DNA of 64,000 nucleotides from Phoronis australis (Eukaryota; Animalia; Phoronida): contig NMRA01000087.1 of NCBI GenBank assembly GCA_002633005.1, forward strand, positions 377,393 through 441,392, in the 5' to 3' direction. A program made the translations under genes and the position numbers. Position 1 is the first letter of the stretch. Each line of letters starts with the position of its first letter. Below the pieces are notes generated by a model, which saw only the letters and a program-made list of their open reading frames with translations, made no database searches and had not been told where the DNA came from. Below, piece by piece: positions 12,016 through 23,415 of the stretch.

Positions 12016-12462
12016 GCAGCATACATTGTCTCACCACAAAAGATGAACGAACACACGTGACACACTGACAGACAACGCACTGGCCCATTAATCGAAAACC
12101 CAAAACAAAATACAAGCTACATTTAGAAAAGCTGTCTAAAATCCAATAAGCGCATACAGTTACAATACGAAAGTCAGAAAATAGTCAAGATACCATTGGC
12201 CGAAGGTTTAACTTGTACTTCAATGCAACACATCGAGGACAAACGGACTATGAAACGAAGCATGGTCGCCTCAGTCATACCTGGCCCAAAACAACGAAAC
12301 AGGAAGCATCTTGAAAAGCAGTATTGCAAACAGCAAAGACGACAAATAAATGAGTCCTAAGAGTATATTATTGGGGATAAATGAAACAATAATAATAATA
12401 TATATGTTAAGTTGTATTGGGAATCTCAGGGTCACAGCTCTATAAATAAATATTTCACAGAA

Positions 12463-12693
12463 GGTACCAGATGGGTACCTTAATTACAAGACATAACACA
12501 CACATTTACGATACCTAAGTGGCACGGTTTAGTACAGTACCAAATAGGTATATAATACCAAATGGGTATTGCCTACCAAGTGGGTCGAGCAAAACGGCAA
12601 ATTCAATAACAAGTAGCAAATGGGTACAAACTACCAAATGGGCAAATACCATATAAAGTACCAAGTGGGTACACCAAATAGCCAACTGGGCTA
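12463..12693. repeat. Cluster of ~11 degenerate TACCAAATGGGTA motifs
   Basis: Repeated TACCAGATGGGTA, TACCAAATAGGTA, TACCAAATGGGTA, TACCAAGTGGGT, TAGCAAATGGGTA, TACCAAATGGGCA and similar motifs with irregular short spacers. Confidence 0.7.
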
Positions 12694-13152
12694 GTAAAGC
12701 AGGTTCCGGACAAGCTGAGTGAGCAGACCAGCCGGAGTGATAAAAAGAGATATTGTAAGCAACGTGGTGTTGTAGCTCAGTATTGTATAGTAATTCCAGA
12801 AATCATGAAAGGTTCTCGGCACAGCTAAATAACAGTCCACGAGAAATCCCAGGTTGAAAGTCGACAAAAATGACATAACAGCCGTAGTTCTATGTATTAT
12901 ATTAGATATGTACATTGCATACAGCATCCAACATTTCAATTGTCTTGACTTGACTGGCCATCATCTTACGGAAAGACTGGTAATAACAGGCGACATGTGA
13001 GCTCACAGAAAACATCTGTACTACTTTTCACCTGTGATTGTCAGATGAAGGGGTGTTTTTAAGAACTTAAAAGTCCATCGAAACGTTGGACGCTTCATTA
13101 CCTAGTATATATCTCAGTCAAACACGATGAACTATCGATATCGCGGCGTTTT

Positions 13153-13158
13153 TTTATT
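13153..13158 (-). terminator. Candidate polyadenylation signal of Kv paralog B
   Basis: AATAAA on the minus strand ~230 nt downstream of the stop at 13385. Confidence 0.35.
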
Positions 13159-13384
13159 AATTTTAATACCGACGCTTTGTTTTGATCAACTAACAAAACT
13201 GTCCTAGGTTGCTATACAAATTAATATACTTGTCTCCTAAACAAAGTTTCAAGGGACTCTCCGATTTGCTCTGTACGCGTTTCATAACGTTGTTAACCCT
13301 TGCCCTGATATGGCCGAAAACATATCTTGGCAATACATTTTGTCCCCAGTACAATTGACACAGCGCTGATGCAGATATGGACAT

Positions 13385-15379
13385 TTATTCAAGACTACCT
13401 TGACTCAATTTGTCCTCTTCTTTTTCGGACTTGGCGTTGTCGCGAGTCTCCTCATAGAATGAGTACAAGTTGTTGAAATTGTTGCCAATAATTGCTATCG
13501 GAAGAGCTGTAAGGGTTATTCCTGTCAACGCGCACAATGCACCTACGATATAGCCTGGTGCTGCCATCGGATACTGGTCGCCATAGCCAACCGTTGTCAT
13601 GGTAACGATAGCCCACCAGCAGGCAACTAACATATCCGGAAACGTCTTCGGTTGGTCGAATTCTGCTAAGAAAATCATTGGCGCGAAGGTTAGCGTTCCG
13701 ATCGTCAAGACAGCCGTCATCAACAGAAGAATTTGCCAACTTTCGACCAAAGACAACAACAGTACACGCATTATCGGGTAATGATACGCGAAACCAACCA
13801 ACCTTCCCATTCGAAAAACGGTAATTGAAAACAGGAATAGAAACAAAGGCGTCATACGCAAGATTTCGCTGTCCATAGGATTCATGGACTTTATAAATGT
13901 GTAGGTTAGAATGACTTGAGTCCATTGCATTATCAGACACATTATATCAGACACGTTTACTATCGATTTAATGAACATGAGTTTGCTGGGGTAAATCACA
14001 AAACGAATGAAAAGGTCCAGCGTAAAGAATACCAAACATGCTAACTTGGTAGCTTCAATGGCAGGATGAATAGTTGAGATAACAAACATCGCCGCTTTAG
14101 GATTGGAGATTTGCGATTGGACTACATTAACGAAGGTCTCGTTTCCTGCGCGGACTCGAAAGGTCTCGGTTGAAGACATCATCACAGCAAGTACATTGGC
14201 CAAAGTGAACACGAAATATATTAATCCGTATACCTGAAAATGAAAAGTAAACTGTCAGACAGAACCAATGAAACAGGGCATTATGTTTTATAATTCCAAA
14301 CAATAATCGAACTCTTGAACACTATCCCCACTTGTCAAACTGGTTACAGTTACTACTACAGTATAATCGACAAGATTGCTTTGTTATCTTTGATGGAGAC
14401 GAGTTCCTGACAAGCAAGCTTAAAAGAATACTAAACCCTGTTTTGATGATTCAAGCAATCCTCGTTCTGTCACCTATTAGCGTCAATCGTGGACGATAAA
14501 AGCAGGAATCAGCTAAAAACTCACACTCTCTATGACAGAGATTGAATATTATGGTTCTTGGTGAATGGTCTTTTCCCACAGTTGTGTAATTCGCTAAAAG
14601 TGTGGGTCACACTTGCCCGTTTAGCAGACTTTGAAAAGAGTTTTCAAAATGTTCTCCAAGCCTTTAAAGGTTTTCCAGGGTATGGTTACAGTGCATTATT
14701 TTTTTTCAGGGAATTGGATAGATTAGTCGTTTTATCAAAACAGGGTTTGGTATTCTTTTAAGCAAAATAAGTTGACGTGTTCATTTTCGGGCAAGAGATA
14801 TTTCAAGAAATACAGTGTAAATTACCGGCGTATACTCACTATTCCAAAGTGGGAACTCTGAGGGTTTTCCATGATCATCCACATTTTATAACGCAATCTT
14901 TCACTGCACGACTCCTGCTGATCCGGTGGGCGGAACGGTGGTTTCTTAATGGCGAATTTTGCCGCCATCTTTCTTTTCCAAGCAACTGTCACCTCCGCTT
15001 CATTCATTTTATCTTGGCAGCATTCAGACACTTTATTTCGAGAAATCTCCCAAAATACCAATTCTCTTTTTATGGTTTTCGCACAGATGTGATTTGGCAC
15101 GTGCAGTTCCCCACTGCGATAGTATTCCAAGATACATTCAAACACGGTAGCATTCCGATCGAAAAAGGGTTCTTCGTCACGGTTCGAGTTGTGTTTTTCG
15201 CAGAGTCTAGACAGTCGTGTGTTTGGAAAAGATAACAACGTACTGGATAAAGTCTTGTACAAAACTCCACCCACGTTCAGTGTAATGATAGAATCTTGGA
15301 TTTCTGGACAGTTTTTTTCCTGGTCTTTGTTTTCGTTCATCGTGTTGTCATCGGAAACATAAACTTTATTGCAAGCCAT
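13385..15379 (-). CDS. Voltage-gated K+ channel alpha subunit, Shaw/Kv3-like, divergent (paralog B), 462 aa, 2 exons
   Basis: Exon 1 15379-14840 (ATG MACNK; GTGAGT donor, phase 0) and exon 2 14233-13385 (TTTCAG acceptor; TAA stop). Same intron position and domains as paralog A: T1 with HVPNHIC-X20-CC, S1-S6, and WWAIVTMTTVGYGD. Confidence 0.93.
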
Positions 15380-18300
15380 GATATCTGTTTTCCTTACAGG
15401 TAAGAAGTTCACGTTTGCGGTGGCAAACTGTTATTACTTGTTTCTTTCTTTGATTATGTTCCTTGCACCTCACTGGTATCCACTGCTCTTAAAAGAAAAA
15501 CCATTTATACAAAAACGAATACATATATAACCAGAATCAATGAGTTTTTCTTTGCAAATTCACAGTTTGTTACATTTACATGTAAGCTTTGATGTTTTAT
15601 CTGGGTGGACAAATGACGGTTTGCATGATCTATTTCTTAATTTATCCAAGTTTCACACTTAATATCCTGGTTTTAACTGAAACGCTGGAGTTTTACAAAA
15701 TGTTATTAAACAACTTAAGCTCTGCTCTGTTTAATTTTGTTAATTCCTGCACCATTTATTTCAAAGATTATGAACAACAATATCTCCTGTTCAGGGACCG
15801 GTTCTAAGTAATACTTTTACTCGAGGTTGAACTCGAAGCTCTTTTTGTCATTTTGCACTCAAGATAAGTACAGTGTCTATAATTCTAGGCTCGAGTACAG
15901 AAAGTCTTACATGGATAACTGTCTAATCTTAGTTTTCGCTTAAAAATTCGAGTCTGGACTCAAAATTTCAATTTTTTACCAGAAATCCTGATATTTACAC
16001 GTTTTCTTAGCTCGAATTTAGACTAGAATCTCATTTACATAATCCGTGATATACTTGAGCACAGGAGGCACTTTCTTTCAAACGCAAAAAAGTAGAACGG
16101 AAAAAATAATTTCGAGTTCCAACTTGAGAAAGAAGATTCGACCACGGTCCCTGGTCTTTCTCCAAATGTCTTCGTCACTAGTATGCTCACTGTACAGTAT
16201 ACTTTCGTTGCAGTTATTTTGTTCAACCAGGACACAGATAATCGAGCAGTTGTACAGCCCGAGCAATCCCAGTTGTCCTTTACACAATTCGAGCGCATTA
16301 ATTTAGAAATTTCTTGACATAACCTTTGAACTCAAACGATGCCTATATTAATTAGTACAATAGTCCTCTTTCGCATGGCACTGGTACCTGCGTATACTTA
16401 GCCTGTTTAATGATTAACGTTCCAATCCGCCCTCACTTTGACAATTCAGTTTTTGTCTTAAGTATCGGCCACTAGCCTAATTATCTAGATAACAGCCGCC
16501 ATTTTTCAAGCGGAGGTACATGTAGATCCTTAATGAGCTAAATCCGGTCGCCGAAAAAAACATTTTCGGAATTATCATTGGATGGGGAGAAGTCTTGAAC
16601 TTATTTGCTAAAGCTACAGAACAACGAATCCGTTGTGTTTTTGTTATTTTATTACAAACTACCAATTCTCGCCGTTGTCTTCCACACATTCGCTGCTGAC
16701 ACCAAAGCCGGCGTCTTTACAAGTCTTGAAAGTACCCTGCCAGTTACCGAGTTGGATTAGTTTCGCCAACAGAGGGGCTAGTTATGACAGCGACAATTCT
16801 AGCCGATAATGTTAATTCCTTTATTAAGCTGGAAAAACTGTGTTATCTCCAGCACCATCTCCGTGTCCCGGTTCCAGAACAAATGGCCATAAATGCAAAC
16901 ACGTGTGTTCTTTACGGCACTCAGAAGCTAACGTTTCATGGCGAGTTTCGTTGCAGACCCAGTATATTTGTGAAAAAGCACTGACGTTGTTAAATATGGT
17001 TTGAAAAAGGCAGGTAGCCTACTCGGAAATAAACGTATACAACAGCTCTGGATGAACTTAATATACTGTCTGTTTACAAAAGTTAACGAATTTACAATTT
17101 ATTTTGTGAAAAAACATGGGTAGAAGCCACCGGGAAAATATCATCGGTTAATCCACGTTTACACTTTAGACAAGATACACCGCACTTACTTTATTTGTGA
17201 GCAAGGTCAGCTCTATTGGTCTTCTTGGTGGGGACTTTCGATGTGTACCGGTACGTATGGACATAAGTCAGTAGTTGCCACACGTAAGACAAACTGTCTA
17301 GCAGTGCTCTGTACCCTTGCTTGTTAAGAGGAACATGGTTGCTACCCGTGACAATACGTCAATTTGAACGGAAACTTGAAAATCAACAATGGTGCTCTTG
17401 AATGGAATAATGACTGGCTAATTCGAGCGAAATACTAACATAATGGAGGTTTTGTTTCATCAATTTTATTCGATATTTTGATTAAGTAATCGTCTACTCT
17501 TTTTCTATTGGCTAAAGGCAACGCAGCCGGGCTGCAGTTGCAATCTACAAGCTGTCTGTGCATGGGCGGGCCACATGTAGCCTGATTTTTTTTAACCATT
17601 GCGATCTCATTGTCAGTTCTCGGCACGTATTTGATCGGTGTTATAGTCTGGGTGTCCGGCAGATGCTCCGTTCGAATAGATGCAGGTTGGACGCAGAGTT
17701 CATGGAGACTCCAGGTCCAGTTCGTTCCAACCGGCATAGGAAGATGACGCAGTGGCAGAACATTTAAATACATGTACAGTGTACTCACTAGACATGTTGA
17801 TTCTCAATGTAGCGCAAGATGCTAGTCTAGAAATACTGGCTCAGTGCAATGTGGCCAAGTTTTAAAAACTAGTAATTACTTCACCTATTTAAAAACTTAG
17901 CGCCCCTTACCATTCGCCGTTGAAATCACACTTCCAGTCCTGCTTCCTAGAAGTTGATCACAAAGTCACAACTGGTCCCATCATATGAGGCTGGATGCGT
18001 CTTCTCATCGGTGTGTCGGAATTTGATTAATCTTTCTTCAGACAGTGGTTATTCGTAGCTGCATTAACTGATTAGGCCAGTGAATCTCTGTCGATAACAA
18101 GTCGCAAAAGCGACAGTTCGGGAAAACGTCTCTAATAATTAAGGACGGTGCGCTATTTTTTGTTGAAAAAAATGTAGCATTGTTTTTGCCGGGTATTCGA
18201 TGAACTTTTGCCGTCAGAATTCTTCGCCAAATGGGAATGTCGAGCGGTCATCGACGCGATTTCATAAAACATCAATGTAGAGAAATTTGAGCGGGTGCAT

Positions 18301-19728
18301 AATATTATGAAGTCTGCTTTTTAAGTGAGGCAAATCAATTATGACACGTCACTATTGTTCGATATCTGTGGACGCAGACAATTAAGTGTTTGCAAAGTAG
18401 ATCAATAACGTTTAGAGAGCATTGTTTAGCGATATAACTTATTCACTAACATCGCAACGCAACACGGATGGACGAAGCAGATGACTCTCTCATTAGTCTG
18501 TAACGTTGACGAATTGCCCGGGGGTGCTCTCACTGACTGCCCGCCAGATTGTTGGCGGATCGAAGTGTATCGTTGGTAACTACGGCAGGCTGAGGAGTTG
18601 AGTACACCTCAATCTTGTAGATCGACTAGTACTGTTTTTGTCGGTTTTGAACGAGTGTCATTGTAATTCAAACAACTTATCTGCAGCGTGACAGCCGCGT
18701 AAGTTATGCATCTTATCGACAAAACCATGGAATTTAATCACTAAAGCAGAAAGTCTGTTGTGGGATTTTATTTTTTGTTTCACAACAATCCACCGCCAAT
18801 TAAGTCACATGTCCTTGTCTTTTAATAAACTTAAAAAAGAAAGGAACAATCAGAGCAAAACAAGAAGAAGAAAATAAATTTATTTCAGTGACCAGTGTTA
18901 CTTGAACAGACAGCCCCCTGGGCTTACTAGTCACTTTGAACAAAGTACAAGAACAGCAATACAGCTTGATATGAAGCTCAAAACTATTTAAGAATTCGTT
19001 TGATATAAATCTTCGAAGTTACCATTTTGCTATTGTTTTATGAAAGTTCTAATTTTTTATGAAAATCGTAGAATTCCTATTTTGATAGCCCTCGCACAAA
19101 AGCGGATCAATTAAAAAATGCTAGCATGAACGCTTCGAAAAACAGTGCAAAAAGCATAGTATCTGAAAGTTTCATATCCGATCATCCATTTTTGAGATGA
19201 CGACATAGCCGAATTTGGACATTTTCACAACTCTTCAGTATCTCACTGATAAAAACAAGAACGGTGGAGACGGATTTCCACTCATGGCGTACACGTACAA
19301 CCTGTAAAATATTGTTTGAAAATTTTGGCCTGTTTCCGTAGCAAATGTCTTAAGATGTATTATAGATATTCTTTTTGAGATACAGGATCATGTTGGAAAC
19401 TCTTTAATTTGAAAGGTAAAACTTAAATTTCAAATTGAAGAAAAAAAGCTCGCCTTAGATATTTTATACCAACTACTGAACTTCAGTGGTAGGTCCAGTG
19501 AGGCCTATGTAATTCAGATGGAGTAGTCACCTGGGCTCGGCTTGCTTCTAGTAGACTGTTCTAGATGTCCATGGTGTGTAATCGTGGTTTTGAAATTGAT
19601 GGGCTTTTGAGAAGGCCAAATTGTTCATTCCATGTGACGTTGTTTGAGCTCAAACAACTCAGAAACTAAATCGGTTGGGCTGCTCCCATTTTTTCGTGGA
19701 TTTCATGTACTTGCGTAATGACCCTTCA

Positions 19729-19766
19729 CAGCGCCATCTACTGACACTCTTTGATATCCGGAAGTA
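19729..19766. promoter_or_regulatory. MRNIP proximal promoter motifs (CTCF-like and ETS/GABP)
   Basis: CAGCGCCATCTACTGAC (reverse complement GTCAGTAGATGGCGCTG, CTCF-like) and CCGGAAGT lie 70-105 nt upstream of the ATG at 19835. Confidence 0.5.
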
Positions 19767-19834
19767 GAAAGCGCGGTCTCATTGAACATAGTCTCATAGA
19801 ACTCTCGACTAGAGGGCAGTTCTTTGAATGAAAA

Positions 19835-22800
19835 ATGCCTCAAATATTTCTTGCAACAAGATGTTTCAGCTGTAAAACGTTTCAGGTTCAACAGACTAAG
19901 AAGTCTAACAAGTGGGTTTGCAAACTATGCGGCGAAAAACAGTCTCTCAAGAAGGTAACACTACAGAATAATTTCTGCCTGGATCCCCTCCTGGGACGGG
20001 TTGAGTTGGGGTATTACGTGTGCAGTGTAGATGTAGTTCATTGTGGTTCACCGTTGGCATGGAAGCTTATTTTTATCTTTTAGAACATCCCTGTAGTATA
20101 CACCATAAATACAGAAGATGGTATAGCGTACTCTTCTACAATAAACTGCGTGTGGGACTGAACTTTCTGAAGTCTTGTGAGAGTAGCGCTTGTCAAACAC
20201 TGTGGTTTATTGCTGCTTGAACTTCGATTGGGGTCATTCATTGTTTTGCCCCAATTGAAGGTTAAGCAGTAACAAATCATGGGTGTCACGTAGTGGCGAC
20301 ATTACCAACCTTGCCTCTCTGCTAGAATTTTGGCAGTTCTATGATAGTGATGTAATGTGTGCTATACTCCCTTACTGCTCTTGTTGAGATGTGAAAGATG
20401 GAAACAAGCTCCCATGGCAGTTGATGTGTAGGTGAAAGCACGTCTTAATCCAGCCTGTATGCTGGAAAGTTTTCTCCAAATCCAGTCTGGCTAAACTATT
20501 GAATCACGTTATTATATGTACCTTAATGTAGACATCTTTGGAGGCATGAGTTGTGGCCATTAATTCTTCCATCTCGAACAAATACTCCCTCAATCAAAAT
20601 TTTTCCAAATACTCTTTTGTTCTATCACCAAAATTGAGAACTGGGTCATTTATTTTTGATTGAACCACTGCAGATGTCTACAAATGTAAATTTTGTATCA
20701 CATCGAGGTCGACCTCTATGACCTTGGGAGTGACACAGGTACTGAAGCACTACTACACTGGTCAGGTGACCCTTTCCCAGGCTGGTGCCTTGCTGTAGAA
20801 CAGTCTTGATACTTGTCTCCATGAAAGTAATTTCATGAATATTTTCAAGTCCTGGTGCCTGGGTAATCTTTAGATAATTTTAATATCTTTGTGTATTAGT
20901 CTTTTGTGTCAAATTTCTCGTTATCGTTTAAACTGTGACACTATTTTCAAAACCAGTTGCCAACAATCTATGTCAGTGTTGTCTATAATATCCTTTTCAC
21001 TAGTAGCGGTAACAAGTTTAAATTTTGCCGCGACAAGTTTGGTTTCCTTGTGACAGATTTGAAAGTTCATGTGACAACTTTAAAATATTGCCACTTACAC
21101 AACAAAGTGAGAAATGGAATTTTTGCATTAGAAATGCATTAACTAACAATTTCATCCAGATTTTTAATGGAGGTCCTGTAGTAAACACTATATAACTGTT
21201 CTTGACAATCACTGGTGTCCCCTACTGATAAGAAAATAATTTTTGCAGGTGTATTGCCAAGGCCGAGCTGTTGATTGTCGCAAACATGTTCAAGCACTCA
21301 ACATGGCCCAAGCTGAATGTAATATTGACCGTTCAACAAGTTATGATGATGGAGCACTACATATCAATGATGATGATGGAGCACAGCGTATCAATGATCC
21401 TGGACTTGAAGACAGAGACCAAAAAGTGGTACATTGTCTCCAGCAATTATGTTGTACCAGTTTCACAAAAGAGCGCTGTTGTATGCAGCATCGGACCTAC
21501 AATTTTGCTGATGATGCTGAGTTGTGTTTGTTGCAAGTTTATTAGGTCATACGCCCTGATGGGCCTTTGAATACCTATAGATCACTGATCCTGTCAGTGA
21601 TCTCACCTTCCAAATTTCGAACGTTCAATAAAACGCAATACTTTATCTACAAAATATAATATTTATTTGTTACAAAGTCAGTTATACCACTTGACCTATG
21701 CTGTGCATGTAGACCTCAAATACGACAGAATTCTTTCCAAATTTCCTGTTTTCACTTTGGCTGGTCAATGTGATACATCAGGTGCATAAGAGCACTCATG
21801 AACTGTTCGCTTATAGTCATTATGTTGTCTTGCTAATCACAACTAGAGCAATTGGCCTGTGACTCAATTCTTTTAGATTTCCCCCATGTTCATTTTCAAG
21901 TTTGAGGTGACAGTTGAGCTTAAAATTTGTTCAAGCTTTCAATATTTTCAACTTCTAATTTTTTGAATTTTCTGTTTAGATGTCTGATCATGATAGTGTG
22001 CCAAGGTTGGAGAGCAAGTGGAGTGCTTTCATCTCTTGCCACCAGGAGGCAGCATCAGACTGTAACAACGAAGATGAGCAATTGGAAGAGAACTTGTTCA
22101 CAACCGACAGAAAATTGTTTGACCAGCAGAAACGCCGAAAGAAGAGGTAACTCAAACTTGTTTTTTATTAGAATTCATTCACTTTCATATTTTTTACTAT
22201 TCTATTTTAACTTTATTATTGTACAAAATGTATTGTCAAAATGTGTTCACGTGTCATCTAGTGAAAAGTTGAAATACCTTCACATTCAGTCAGGGTGTTG
22301 CATGGACAATCTGTCCAGTTAGCCAGCTAGCTGTATGATGATACAGCTACAGATAGATGTATGTAAATTTTTATGAATCACGAAATTTCACACTGCCGTA
22401 GTTTGGCTCATCATGTAGAGCTATCAACAGCCGGACAGGATGCATGGGAAATCTGCCACTCATCATGACCGTTCCAGCCATTTCATAAGTGAAAAATAAT
22501 CTAATAAATGCGGTTTTCTTGAATCAACTCTCCTACTTTTGTAGCAAAAAATCTGTTGACTTGAAGACACTATGCTTGTAACAGGCGCACATGCTTTTTT
22601 GCTAATTTTTTCGGGAGATGATGACAACTTCGCCATAGCAAAATTTGCTCAGAAATTGGCTTTTCTTGGAATAAAATACTACAAACTAATAAGAAGGTGA
22701 CACTAATTCTAGTAAGTTGTTGTGAACTCTACATTGAAGAGAAGAGTTGACTGAGGTATTGACGAAAACAGAAATTGGCTACTAGGTGACGGTCTGTTTC

Positions 22801-23415
22801 ATGGTGTTCAAAGTCAATGCATATTATCGCTTCACAAATTTAGCAGTAGGATATTGCCCGGTGTGACTAACCTCCACTGGTAGAATGGTTGCCAGAGCAC
22901 TGAAGACAGAGAGTAGTTCTCGATTTAGTTTTAGTGATTGAAGCACTGCTGCAGTGCATTTTCACCATATGATTGGTACCTGATTGGTTTTGTTGTGTTA
23001 AAATTACATGATTTAGAATACATGAGAAAATTGTTGCCAACAAAATCACTCTTCTTTGATAACTTTAAGTTCTGAAATCAACTTAAAGGAATAAATCTTA
23101 TAATTCAGGTTTCCCTTTGATAAAAAAGACTCAGCACTAACTGAAAAAGTGTCCAGGATAAACGATAACAGACACAGTGAACCCGCATTTACAAAGAGTA
23201 ACCAGAAGTTGGATGTACACCATAGTGAATTCAGCTTAGTGACTACTTCTTCTGACATGGATCAAGGCAACTTTCTTGTGAGAGCTCAAGATATTGCTGA
23301 GACAAATGACTGTGGTTTTGAAACAGGTCCACTTCCAGACAACCACAACAAACTGACACACCTTGCTCACAAACAAGTGCCAACCACAAATTCAAGGTGG
23401 GGAAAGTATGTCTGA
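19835..23415 (+). CDS. MRNIP: MRN complex-interacting protein (C5orf45/UPF0544 family), ~257 aa, 4 exons
   Basis: Exons 19835-19954, 21249-21428 (donor could be 3 nt earlier), 21980-22146 and 23109-23415; all GT-AG and phase-consistent. The N-terminal Zn-ribbon RCFSCKTFQVQQTKKSNKWVCKLCGEKQSLKKVYCQGRAVDCRKHVQALN matches the MRNIP domain. Internal SKWSAF and C-terminal SRWGKY motifs; AATAAA at ~23482. Confidence 0.9.

Noticed and set aside
12463-12693. Repeat cluster considered as a CRISPR array
   Set aside because: Eukaryotic context, degenerate 13-bp units, very short irregular spacers and no cas genes.
15380-15412. ORF-track start of Kv-B at 15412 (and of the exon-2 ORFs at 3476 and 14212)
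   Set aside because: These are non-ATG starts of a prokaryote-style ORF caller. The first ATG is at 15379, and exon 2 begins at splice acceptors.
18139-19250. TTAA-GGACGGTGCGC start resembling a Kolobok/piggyBac-type element
   Set aside because: No matching right terminal repeat was found, so boundaries cannot be supported.
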